A DNA stretch of 32,000 nt from Desulfocapsa sulfexigens DSM 10523. Its GTDB lineage: Bacteria; Desulfobacterota; Desulfobulbia; Desulfobulbales; Desulfocapsaceae. Positions 18,853 through 27,750 of the stretch are shown in pieces (position 1 is the first letter of the stretch; each line of letters begins with the position of its first letter). Below the pieces are notes generated by a model that did no database searches, was not told the origin of the DNA, and saw only the letters and a list, made by a program, of their open reading frames with translations. Both the position numbers and the translations under genes were made by a program. Where the stretch lies: assembly GCF_000341395.1 (NCBI RefSeq), contig NC_020304.1:3810001-3842000 (forward strand), read 5' to 3'.

Positions 18853-21447
18853 ATGACTGTTAACTCCAACCAGGATTCTACAAAGAGCTCTCCTTCGTTA
18901 AGCAGGCCACTTCTTTACCGCCTTATGATTCCCCTCAGCACTACAATTCTGCTGCTGGTCCTTGCCTTCACGACGGCCTTCCTCATGGTTCATCAGCAGG
19001 ATATGCAACGCTTCAACCAGCATATCATGACAGATGCAGGCCGTAGCCTAAAAATATCATTGATCAGAAACGCTCAGATGCTCAACTCCATGGAAGATAT
19101 TTTTCTTAAAGACAGATACCTGTACGAGGCACTTCAGGCTCAGGATCGTGAGCGCCTGCGCACTCTCTATGGTCCAATTTTCGAGAAACTCCACGAAAAG
19201 TATTCCATCACCCACTTTTACTTCCACCTTCCCAATCGCACGAACCTGCTTCGACTACATAAGCCGAATATGCATGGCGATCTGATTGATCGTTTTACCG
19301 CCCGTGAATCTGCACGAAGTGGCAAGACTGCCAGCGGGATTGAACTTGGTCCTTTGGGAACCTTCACCTTACGCGTTGTACAGCCGATCTATGTCGCCGA
19401 AACACTTATCGGCTATATAGAGCTTGGCCAGGAAATTGAAACATTACTGCAAGCTATCCACAGACGGTTGGGAGTTGAGATGGCGGTCACCATCCACAAA
19501 GATGCATTGGATCAGAAGCAATGGGAAGCAGGCATGAATATGCTCGGCAGGGAGGCGAACTGGAACAGGTACAGGGAGGAGGTGTTGATCTACCACTCCC
19601 TGCCTCATTTCTCATCCGAACTCGACCAGTTTGTCCACGGAAACAAAGACCATCGACACAACGAAATAACAAAAAAAATTCTGTTTGACAACAAATCGTG
19701 GCAAGTTTTATCCCATTCCCTGCAAGATGCTTCTGGTACTGATGTTGGTGATCTGATTGTCTTCCGGGATATAACAGATTCCCAGGAGGCATTTGTCCAA
19801 CTCGCTGCAATAACCGCAGCTATGGCACTGATCCTGCTCAGTGGATTATTTACCTTCTTCTATGTGATGCTCCGCCGCAGTGATAACAGCATCCAGGCTC
19901 AACATGCCAAACTGGTCGAAAGTGAGGGGCGGCATCGATCTCTGCTTGATGCCATTAACCGCTCCGGTATTTTTCTCTTCGTCGTTGATGGTGACTATCG
20001 GGTGCGATATATGAACGAGTCGATGAGGGAGACATTCGGTCAGGCCTCAGGAAAGCTCTGTTACCATGATGTTGCCGGTTATGAGACTCCCTGCTCCCAT
20101 TGCCGTTTAGAGGAAGTGATCGGGAGTCAGAAAACTGTTTACTACCATTCCACACTTGCAAATGGTCGTACTTTCAACATGATTGCAGTACCCTATGTGG
20201 ACACCGATGGAACTGCATGTAAACTGGAAGTAATGCAGGATATTACCAGGCAACGCCAGGTCGAAGATGAGAAAGAAATGCTTGAGCAAAAACTGCAGCG
20301 TGCTCAAAAAATGGAGGCAATTGGTCTCCTCGCGGGAGGAGTTGCTCATGACCTGAATAATATTCTCTCAGGAATCGTTGCTTATCCAGAATTGCTACTT
20401 TTGAAACTACCAGAGGACAGCGAACTGAGGAAACCTATTGCTGCAATCCAGGAATCGGGCAAACGGGCCGCTGCAGTGGTTGATGACCTCCTCACCGTAG
20501 CCAGAGGTGTAGCAAGAGTCAAGGAATCCTGCAATTTGAATCTGTTGATCCAAGAGTACCTCGATTCTCCTGAATACAAGGCTCTGAGATCATTGCACCC
20601 TCATGTGACATACAGACACCAATTAGAAGCATCACATCCTGTTCTTACCTGCTCACCAGTACACATCAAAAAAAGTCTCATGAACCTGGTCATCAACGCA
20701 ACAGAGGCTGTCACTGATGAGGGTAGCATAATTATATCCACCTCAAATCACTATATCGACGATGCTGCAGCGGATGCGCAAAACATGCGGGCAGGAGAAT
20801 ACCTTATTCTCGGAGTTCAGGACTCTGGTTCTGGTATCCCGGATAAGGATTTAATTCATATTTTTGAACCATTTTATACAAAAAAAGTGATGGGAAGAAG
20901 CGGTACAGGCCTTGGACTGGCAGTGGTCTGGAATACCGTGGAGGAGCACCAGGGGAAAATTTTCGTTGAAAGTGGTGAAAATGGGACACTTTTCCAGCTC
21001 TATTTTCCGGTGAGCAAAAAGGGGGAAATCACTCAAACCATGGACGCCCAGGCAGAAATTCTTACCGGCAACGGTGAACATGTGTTAGTTGTTGACGATG
21101 AACCTCACCTGCGAGACATTGCGAGCCAGATGTTACACTCTCTTGGTTATAACGTGGCATCAGTCTGTTCCGGTGAATTGGCAGTTCAGTTTGTCAAAGA
21201 AAAGCCCGTTGACCTTCTGGTGATAGATATGCTGATGGAACCGGGTATGAATGGACGGCAAACATACGAAGCAATACTGAAGCTCTACCCAGATCAGAAA
21301 GCCATTGTTGTTAGTGGATTTTCTGAAAGTGACGATGTGAAAACTACACTGCAGCTTGGTGCCAACGGTTTTATAAAGAAACCTTACACACTCGAGGACC
21401 TTGGTCGGGTGGTCCGGAGGGCATTCAATTGTTATAATACAGATTGA
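18853..21447 (+). CDS. Hybrid sensor histidine kinase/response regulator (Cache-like periplasmic domain, TM, PAS, HisKA, HATPase, receiver)
   Basis: Two TM segments flank a roughly 270 aa extracytoplasmic domain. PAS domain with a Cys/His cluster. H-box GGVAHDLNNILSGI, N-box LVINATEA, G1 QDSGSGI, G2 GTGLGLAVV. Receiver VLVVDDEP ... LLVIDMLMEPGMNG ... FIKKPY. Confidence 0.88.
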   Translation: MTVNSNQDSTKSSPSLSRPLLYRLMIPLSTTILLLVLAFTTAFLMVHQQDMQRFNQHIMTDAGRSLKISLIRNAQMLNSMEDIFLKDRYLYEALQAQDRERLRTLYGPIFEKLHEKYSITHFYFHLPNRTNLLRLHKPNMHGDLIDRFTARESARSGKTASGIELGPLGTFTLRVVQPIYVAETLIGYIELGQEIETLLQAIHRRLGVEMAVTIHKDALDQKQWEAGMNMLGREANWNRYREEVLIYHSLPHFSSELDQFVHGNKDHRHNEITKKILFDNKSWQVLSHSLQDASGTDVGDLIVFRDITDSQEAFVQLAAITAAMALILLSGLFTFFYVMLRRSDNSIQAQHAKLVESEGRHRSLLDAINRSGIFLFVVDGDYRVRYMNESMRETFGQASGKLCYHDVAGYETPCSHCRLEEVIGSQKTVYYHSTLANGRTFNMIAVPYVDTDGTACKLEVMQDITRQRQVEDEKEMLEQKLQRAQKMEAIGLLAGGVAHDLNNILSGIVAYPELLLLKLPEDSELRKPIAAIQESGKRAAAVVDDLLTVARGVARVKESCNLNLLIQEYLDSPEYKALRSLHPHVTYRHQLEASHPVLTCSPVHIKKSLMNLVINATEAVTDEGSIIISTSNHYIDDAAADAQNMRAGEYLILGVQDSGSGIPDKDLIHIFEPFYTKKVMGRSGTGLGLAVVWNTVEEHQGKIFVESGENGTLFQLYFPVSKKGEITQTMDAQAEILTGNGEHVLVVDDEPHLRDIASQMLHSLGYNVASVCSGELAVQFVKEKPVDLLVIDMLMEPGMNGRQTYEAILKLYPDQKAIVVSGFSESDDVKTTLQLGANGFIKKPYTLEDLGRVVRRAFNCYNTD

Positions 21448-21451
21448 CATC

Positions 21452-21484
21452 TGGTAGCGAGGTGGGACTCGAACTAATGACCTA
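21452..21484 (-). repeat. Partial duplicate of a tRNA 3' end (putative distal att repeat of the tRNA-Arg islet)
   Basis: TGGTAGCGAGGTGGGACTCGAAC (then TAATGACCT) versus tRNA-Arg 25622-25654 TGGTGGGCGAGGTGGGATTCGAAC (then CCACGACCT). Same strand orientation. It cannot fold as a tRNA because the complementary strand of the T stem is missing. Confidence 0.55.
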
Positions 21485-21986
21485 ACATACTGTTACAACT
21501 GGCTGCAAAATAGCCACACCCAAATGTAACGTTTATCGAAACTACTGCTCATTTTTCAGAGGGTATACTCTTCCCCTAAACAGGGGAGCAATATCATTAG
21601 GAATTTCCTCCCTAACTAGATCTGCATCTCACAAAAAATATCTTTGGAAATATTTTTACTTTGGCTTGCAGAAAACTTGCTACGTATATTCAGGAATAAG
21701 CTCAAATATCCGTTTCTCTCTCCACTGTTGACCTTAGCACTGGTAATCCTATTTGACTTTTCCCCGCCTCGTGTCATAGACTACATAAGATCGTAGCAAA
21801 GCTTTTACGATTTCTTCACTCCTCAAATCGCTTCTCAAGTTGAGATTGCCATAGCTCATGCACTCTATTTGCTTTTCCTTTCCTCAAGTGTTTAAATCAA
21901 GGAAAAGTTTTCCACTTGAAAGGAGCATTTTAATAACAAGTGAGTTTCCGAGCCTGTTTTTTTTCCATCTATGAGTCAGCACTGAA

Positions 21987-23024
21987 ATGAAATCTAATAA
22001 TTTTCTCGGGCAGAGTAAGCCTTGGGTTTTTATTCTATTCACCGTATGCCTGTTGATGGGTGGAGGGACGGCCTTCCAGTACCTGAGACCCGATGAAGTA
22101 GAAGTCATTCGGCCGCACCGTGGCTTAGCCGTGCAGGCCGTCTATGCGACCGGGACAGTGGAGGCGCTTTCCATGCTACCGATTTCCCCGCGCATCACCG
22201 CCCGCCTGATGGAGTTGCATGTTGATGAAGGTTCTACCGTAACAAAAGACCAGCTGCTTGCCCGGATGGAAGACAGAGACTTGCGCCAGAAGTTTGAGGA
22301 ATTACAGATCCATGAAGCATTCTTGAAGCAAGAATTTAAGCGTAAGCAAACCTTGCAGCAACAACATGCCATATCCAACTCAGAGTATGATCGCGCCCGG
22401 ACTGAATGGCAAGCCGCGAAGGCTGCTATGGACAAAGCCGCTACCGAATCCGATTTCATGAAGTTGATTGCCCCGGCAGATGGTCGCATTATTCGTCGTG
22501 ACGGGGAAGTCGGTCAGCTTATTCTCGTGAATCAACCTATATTCTGGCTTACCTGCTGCTCAGAGCTGCGTGTTTCCGCGGAAGTGGATGAAGAGGATAT
22601 TATTCTCGTACAGCCTGGACAAAAGGTCTTGATCCGTGCCGATGCATTTCCTGCCCAGACGTTTGAAGGAACGGTACAAAGCATAACGCCCAAGGGGGAT
22701 CCGGTGTCGCGCAGTTATCGTGTGCGTATTGGCCTCAGCGAAGAAACCCCGCTTATGATCGGAATGACCGCAGAAACCAATATCATCATCCGTGAAACGC
22801 CGAAAGCGCTGTTATTGCCTTCCGGTACGGTAGTGCAGGGAAAAGTATGGCTGGTTGAAGGGAATAAGCTCGTAAAGCGGACGGTTTCCGTCGGTACTCA
22901 AGGTCTCAAGGAAACGGAAATTCTCAACGGTATTGAAGCAGGTGATCTCATTGTCCTCAAGCCCAATATCGCACTGGAAGAAGGGGTAAAAATACGCGCC
23001 CGGATAGTCCAGCAGGAGCAATAG
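21987..23024 (+). CDS. HlyD-family periplasmic adaptor (membrane fusion protein) of an ABC exporter
   Basis: N-terminal signal anchor, a coiled-coil-rich middle (QKFEELQIHEAFLKQEFKRKQTLQQQ), and a beta-barrel part ADGRIIRRDGEVGQ ... FEGTVQSITPKGDPVSRSYRVRI. Confidence 0.85.
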   Translation: MKSNNFLGQSKPWVFILFTVCLLMGGGTAFQYLRPDEVEVIRPHRGLAVQAVYATGTVEALSMLPISPRITARLMELHVDEGSTVTKDQLLARMEDRDLRQKFEELQIHEAFLKQEFKRKQTLQQQHAISNSEYDRARTEWQAAKAAMDKAATESDFMKLIAPADGRIIRRDGEVGQLILVNQPIFWLTCCSELRVSAEVDEEDIILVQPGQKVLIRADAFPAQTFEGTVQSITPKGDPVSRSYRVRIGLSEETPLMIGMTAETNIIIRETPKALLLPSGTVVQGKVWLVEGNKLVKRTVSVGTQGLKETEILNGIEAGDLIVLKPNIALEEGVKIRARIVQQEQ

Positions 23025-23026
23025 TT

Positions 23027-24274
23027 ATGCGGCTGCTGGCACATATCGCCTTCAAGCATCTGCTTGCCCGCAGGCGGCAAAGTCTCGTTTCGTTGCTGGG
23101 TATAATACTGGGCGTGTCTTTTTTTCTTACGATTTCTTCTCTGATGCAGGGTTCGGAAAAAGAATTTATCAGGGTGCTGATAGATAACATGCCACATATT
23201 TTTATCACAGATACCTATCGCAATCCAAGCCTGCAGCCAGTCGAGCAGTTTTATGGCAGGAGTGGGGCAATTGAGGTGCGTAGCGTCAAACCCCTCACCG
23301 AAACTCGCGGCATTCGTGGTTTCGAGCAGATCGTCGATTACCTGCGCTCTATTCCTGGAATAAACGCTTCCCCCGTGCTTTCGGGGCAGGGCGTCTTGAG
23401 TTTTGCTGGCAAAAATATCGGTATCGTGCTCGATGGTATGATCCCTGAAGATATAAAGGATGTCGTCACCATCCAGGACTACATGATTTCCGGCAGTTTA
23501 AGCGATTTGATCGCAAACCCCAGCGGTATTATCCTTGGCAAGGAGTTGCTTCGGACATTCTCCCTAAAACGAGGTGATAACATCACTGTAACTGCTCCAA
23601 CCGGGCAAATACGGACCTTCAAAATTCTGGGAGTTTTCAATACCGGCAGGGCGGAATATGACCTGAACCATGGTTTTGTCTCGCTCAAACGTATGCAGGT
23701 ATTGATGGATCGTCCGCATCGGGCCAATACCATCATCGTTAAGCTGTCGGATCCTTACCGCGCCCGCGCCATTGCTGCCGATCTGGAAAATCGTATCGGC
23801 TATAAAAGCATATCATGGCAGGAATCATCGGAAGATCTGATGAGTACGCTCGCCATTCGTAATATCATCATGTACAGCGTTGTCAGTTCAGTGCTTATCG
23901 TTGCAGCATTTGGGATTTATAATGTCATTTCCACGGTGGTGATGGAGAAGCATCGCGATATCGCGATCCTCAAATCCATGGGCTTTCTTGCACGCGATAT
24001 CCAGCGGATTTTTGTCATACAGGGTTTTATCCTTGGGATTACCGGCAGTTTGCTTGGCCTGCCCCTTGGCAGCGCACTCATGTATGCTATTATGCAGATT
24101 GAGTTCAAGCCGCCGGGCAGCACGGAGCCCATCGTAATGCCGCTTGACTGGGGATGGATGCAATTTGCCATCGCCACTGGGTTCGCTCTGAGCGCGGCTC
24201 TTATCGCCGCATTTCTGCCCGCACGTAAAGGCGCTCGTGTTCAACCGGTCGATATCTTGCGGGGCGGCATATGA
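23027..24274 (+). CDS. ABC transporter permease, FtsX/LolC-E/MacB type
   Basis: 415 aa. TM1 followed by a large periplasmic domain and three C-terminal TMs (FtsX domain, AILKSMGFLARDIQRIFVIQG). Starts 3 nt after the adaptor gene. Confidence 0.88.
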   Translation: MRLLAHIAFKHLLARRRQSLVSLLGIILGVSFFLTISSLMQGSEKEFIRVLIDNMPHIFITDTYRNPSLQPVEQFYGRSGAIEVRSVKPLTETRGIRGFEQIVDYLRSIPGINASPVLSGQGVLSFAGKNIGIVLDGMIPEDIKDVVTIQDYMISGSLSDLIANPSGIILGKELLRTFSLKRGDNITVTAPTGQIRTFKILGVFNTGRAEYDLNHGFVSLKRMQVLMDRPHRANTIIVKLSDPYRARAIAADLENRIGYKSISWQESSEDLMSTLAIRNIIMYSVVSSVLIVAAFGIYNVISTVVMEKHRDIAILKSMGFLARDIQRIFVIQGFILGITGSLLGLPLGSALMYAIMQIEFKPPGSTEPIVMPLDWGWMQFAIATGFALSAALIAAFLPARKGARVQPVDILRGGI

Positions 24275-24948
24275 GCGATATCGTAATAAAAACTGAGAAC
24301 ATTACACGCATACTTACCGGCGAGGTGCCGGTTACGCTGGTGGCAGACGCAGGTTTGGAGATTCGGCGCGGGGAGTTTGTGGTGATCACGGGACCATCCG
24401 GATCGGGGAAATCCTCATTGCTTTATCTGCTTGGACTGCTTGATACTCCAAGCAGCGGAACTATCTGGATGAATGGCGAGAACGTCTCTACCTATAGCGA
24501 GGACAGACTTGCCAAATTGCGCCTTGTAGACGTGGGCTTTGTCTTTCAATTTCATTTCCTGTTGCCGGAATTCTCAGCGCTGGAAAATGTAATGTTGCCC
24601 ATGCAGCGTCTAGGTGGGTTGCCCGATACCCAGGTTCGCACCCGTGCGGCATCCTTGCTCACAGATCTAGGGATTGAAAAACAGCAGAATAAACTGCCGC
24701 ACCAACTTTCCGGTGGCCAGAGCCAACGTGTTGCTATCGCCCGTGCAATGGCCAATAACCCGCAACTGATCCTTGCCGACGAACCGACCGGCAACCTCGA
24801 TTCAGCCTCAAGCGAGAATGTGGAGAATATCCTTAAAGATCTGGCGCACGAGTATAATCGCGCCGTAGCGGTCGTCACCCACGAAACCCGTATTGCCTCA
24901 GCTGCCGACCGTGTGATCACGATCGTTGATGGCAGGATTCATGTGTAA
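24271..24948 (+). CDS. ABC transporter ATP-binding protein (LolD/MacB/DevA type)
   Basis: Walker [10 protein letters not shown], signature [14 protein letters not shown], Walker [14 protein letters not shown]-loop VVTHE. There is a 4-nt overlap with the permease gene. Confidence 0.92.
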   Translation: MSDIVIKTENITRILTGEVPVTLVADAGLEIRRGEFVVITGPSGSGKSSLLYLLGLLDTPSSGTIWMNGENVSTYSEDRLAKLRLVDVGFVFQFHFLLPEFSALENVMLPMQRLGGLPDTQVRTRAASLLTDLGIEKQQNKLPHQLSGGQSQRVAIARAMANNPQLILADEPTGNLDSASSENVENILKDLAHEYNRAVAVVTHETRIASAADRVITIVDGRIHV

Positions 24949-25400
24949 ATAGCCAAATACGGCACTCTGGCTGCATAAAGGAAATAAAGTGTTTCCATCC
25001 ATCTGATGGCTTCGGTGTCGTTCACCTTGCCAAGATACCGTTGAGTCGTAGAAAGATCTGCGTGGCGCAACTCAATGTTCACGAGTTTACCTGCTTTCTT
25101 GACCATCGACCAAGCAGCAACATAAGAGATAGGGAATATTCTGTTATCCGAGTCAATATTGTTGTCTTTCGTATAGTCGTTTAACCTTACCAATAATTTC
25201 CGTGAAACATAAACTACTTCTCCCGGTCTCCCACTTTTCGGATTTTGGATGGTCAAATTTCTTTCTCTGATATCACATGGTCTGAGATTTAGAACTTCAC
25301 CGATCCTCATACCGCCCCTTGCCATAAACTCGACTATTAATCTGTTACGGATATTCATTGTCCGAAATATAATCTCATCAAAAAGGTAAATGCTGCACAA
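24939..25400 (-). pseudogene. Tyrosine recombinase (phage-type integrase) remnant: catalytic domain only, with an apparent internal deletion
   Basis: ARGGMRIGEVLNLR (Arg I), LRH, STTQRYL (nucleophile Tyr). The N-terminal core-binding domain is absent. About 25 residues normally found between LRH and the second His/STT block are missing. The 3' end overlaps the ABC ATPase gene. Confidence 0.7.
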
Positions 25401-25621
25401 AGCGGGTCGAAAAGCGGGTTACTTAAACAATCACATACTACAACAAACATATACGGCAGATTTCTTTACATATTTAACATCATGTTCGTGTCTTGCTCCG
25501 GCAGCTATCTCGCGTAGAAATAGCTGCTTTTAAAATTTAGCCTACCTTCCCAAAAGGGCGACATCGGGGCGACATCACAAAATATACCACCAACAGAACA
25601 GACATTACTAACTGATTTTAC

Positions 25622-25698
25622 TGGTGGGCGAGGTGGGATTCGAACCCACGACCTTCGGCTTCGGAGGCCGACACTCTATCCAACTGAGCTACCCGCCC
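25622..25698 (-). tRNA. tRNA-Arg (anticodon CCG), CCA encoded
   Basis: Reverse complement GGGCGGGTAGCTCAGTTGGATAGAGTGTCGGCCTCCGAAGCCGAAGGTCGTGGGTTCGAATCCCACCTCGCCCACCA folds as a cloverleaf. It has a 7-bp acceptor stem, anticodon loop CTCCGAA and T arm GTGGG-TTCGAAT-CCCAC. Confidence 0.93.
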
Positions 25699-25825
25699 TT
25701 GGGATAATCTATAGAATAAAAAAAGAAAACTCGTGTTGTCTCTATACCATCTGAATTTTTCCTACACCATCTTTTTCTCAACCCCCGATAAAAGAAAGTC
25801 TTAGGATGAGAAAATTTGACAGTTC

Positions 25826-26122
25826 TCACATCTTCTCAAGATACGCCTCCCATTCCAAAGGGAGCATACTCTTTTTTTTGGTATTACAGGCCTTACAACA
25901 GGGAACAAGGTTATCCTTTGTGCTCAGTCCTCCACGCGCAAGAGGTACCAGGTGATCCATGGTCAGGTCTTTAAAAGCAGATTGCTTTCCGCAGAAATAA
26001 CATTTTCCGGAAGACGTTTTCTGCTGCCACCACCTGGTTTTTCGAAGATCTCTGGCCTTCGCTCTCTCGGTACGGATTTGCGCATCATCAGGTGTGTCAA
26101 AATCAAAAAACTCCCTACTCAT
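25826..26122 (-). CDS. Small HNH endonuclease-family protein
   Basis: 98 aa. CYFCG ... DHLVPLARGG ... NLVPCCKACNTKK is an HNH/zinc-finger core. The ATG overlaps the folC stop (ATGA). Confidence 0.8.
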   Translation of the reverse strand: MSREFFDFDTPDDAQIRTERAKARDLRKTRWWQQKTSSGKCYFCGKQSAFKDLTMDHLVPLARGGLSTKDNLVPCCKACNTKKKSMLPLEWEAYLEKM

Positions 26123-27450
26123 GCTACAAGTTCCCCAAGCAGAATTTTCCGTGCCGCTCCAACAAGATACAAAGAGCCAGCGACAAGTATCAAATCATCA
26201 TTAGCTGCCTGCGATTCAGCTGCGTAGAGAGCCTCTTCCACATTACCGCATAATTCACATCGCTCTCGCAGATGATCCGGGACATTACTCAGCAGTAACT
26301 CCGGTTCCGCCGATCGTTCTCCCTTCGGCCTCGTTAAAATAATGATATCAGCAAGAGGAGCCATTGGTGCTAAGGTTTTCTCTAAATCCTTATCGGCCAT
26401 TGCGCCCCATACAAGAATCAGTTTCCTGTAACTACATTCCGAGTTAAGCGTATGGAGAAGACTTTCTACACCGGCAGGATTATGAGCACCGTCGAGTAAA
26501 TATGAAACAGCATCAGCATCTCCATGACTCTGCAGCTCTTCTCTTGTTGTACGATTGAGGGAAAAATATTCGAGGCGCCCAGGCCACTTCACCTGGGCCA
26601 GCCCCTCTCGTATCTGGCTCTTGGAAAGAAAAAAGCCATCTTTTCTTAACAGTTCAACGACAGCAAGAGCAAGAGAGGCATTTTCAATCTGGTAATCACC
26701 TTTCATAGAACAGCGGAGCTTGTCATATGAGGCCCCTGAAAAGCCTTCCTTACCGTCCCACTTCCAGCTACCATCGTCCATGGGGGTTGCAGTAAAGGAA
26801 TCCCCAAAAAGAAAAAGCTCTGCACCTTTGTCATTACATACAGTGACAAGCTCTTGGAGTCCTGCCCCTGCTTTTACAGCAGACACAACAGGGACACCCT
26901 CTTTCACAATGCCTGCCTTCTCTCCTGCAACAGCCGATATGGTATTGCCGAGATACGCCTCATGATCCATGCTCACATTGGTAATGACTGAAACAAGGGG
27001 ATGGATAATGTTGGTTGCATCCAACCTGCCACCGAGTCCGGTTTCCAGAACAACCAGATCAAGGTCACTCTCTGCAAACCAGAGAAAGGCAAGGGCCGTT
27101 GTAAACTCAAAATAAGTGATCTTTTCATCACCCAGAATATCCTGTATTAAAGTAGCCAGCTCAGCAAACTTTTCTTCACTGATAAAGCTATTATTTATTC
27201 TGAATCGCTCCCTGACAGAACTGAGATGGGGCGAAGTATAGAGCCCCACCCGATACCCTGCGCCGGATAGAAGTGTTAGCAGGGTCATACTCACAGATCC
27301 CTTGCCATTGGTACCTGCGACATGAATTGTTTTCAAACTTCGTTCCGGGTTTCCGACTCTCCCCATAAAGGATTGCATGGCATCCAGACCAAGCTTGATT
27401 TTGTGAAACTGGAGACTGTCAAGGTAGTCCCATGCGAGCTGATAGTTCAT
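26119..27450 (-). CDS. folC: Bifunctional folylpolyglutamate synthase / dihydrofolate synthase
   Basis: Mur-ligase P-loop HVAGTNGKGS, SPHLSSVRERF, ETGLGGRLDATN, DHEAYLGNT. The 443 aa length is typical. Confidence 0.88.
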   Translation of the reverse strand: MNYQLAWDYLDSLQFHKIKLGLDAMQSFMGRVGNPERSLKTIHVAGTNGKGSVSMTLLTLLSGAGYRVGLYTSPHLSSVRERFRINNSFISEEKFAELATLIQDILGDEKITYFEFTTALAFLWFAESDLDLVVLETGLGGRLDATNIIHPLVSVITNVSMDHEAYLGNTISAVAGEKAGIVKEGVPVVSAVKAGAGLQELVTVCNDKGAELFLFGDSFTATPMDDGSWKWDGKEGFSGASYDKLRCSMKGDYQIENASLALAVVELLRKDGFFLSKSQIREGLAQVKWPGRLEYFSLNRTTREELQSHGDADAVSYLLDGAHNPAGVESLLHTLNSECSYRKLILVWGAMADKDLEKTLAPMAPLADIIILTRPKGERSAEPELLLSNVPDHLRERCELCGNVEEALYAAESQAANDDLILVAGSLYLVGAARKILLGELVA

Positions 27451-27750
27451 AGTATTTTGAATTTTGAGAAATTATATATCTATATCAAAGTAATTATCTC
27501 TACATTTACAACTTTAATTTTTTTATTTTGGCTACCTACCAAGAGCAACATCCACAAACGTAACATGCTGTAATAATGACAATATACATAATTTCAATTC
27601 AAGTATTTCTTAAAGAAAAACCAGCAATACGGCCACCTGAACGATTTTTGAGCAGATTCCTGGATTGTGCTTGAAGATTTCCCAAGAAGAAATTGATCTA
27701 CGAAGCAACACTCAGACACAATACCATCAAGATGATAAGGTGTTATCTTT

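Larger units (their letters stand above)
21452..25621. mobile_element. Putative degenerate tRNA-Arg-associated genomic islet (about 4.2 kb) carrying a tripartite ABC exporter
   Basis: Bounded by the intact tRNA-Arg 3' end and a direct partial copy of it. An integrase remnant lies next to the tRNA. Spot G+C counts inside are 37/60, 29/60 and 29/60, versus 25/60 and 27/60 in the flanks. Confidence 0.5.

Noticed and set aside
20092-20106. c-type haem-binding motif in the PAS domain (CSHCR)
   Set aside because: CxxCH requires a His after the second Cys, and here that position is Arg. The domain is also cytoplasmic.
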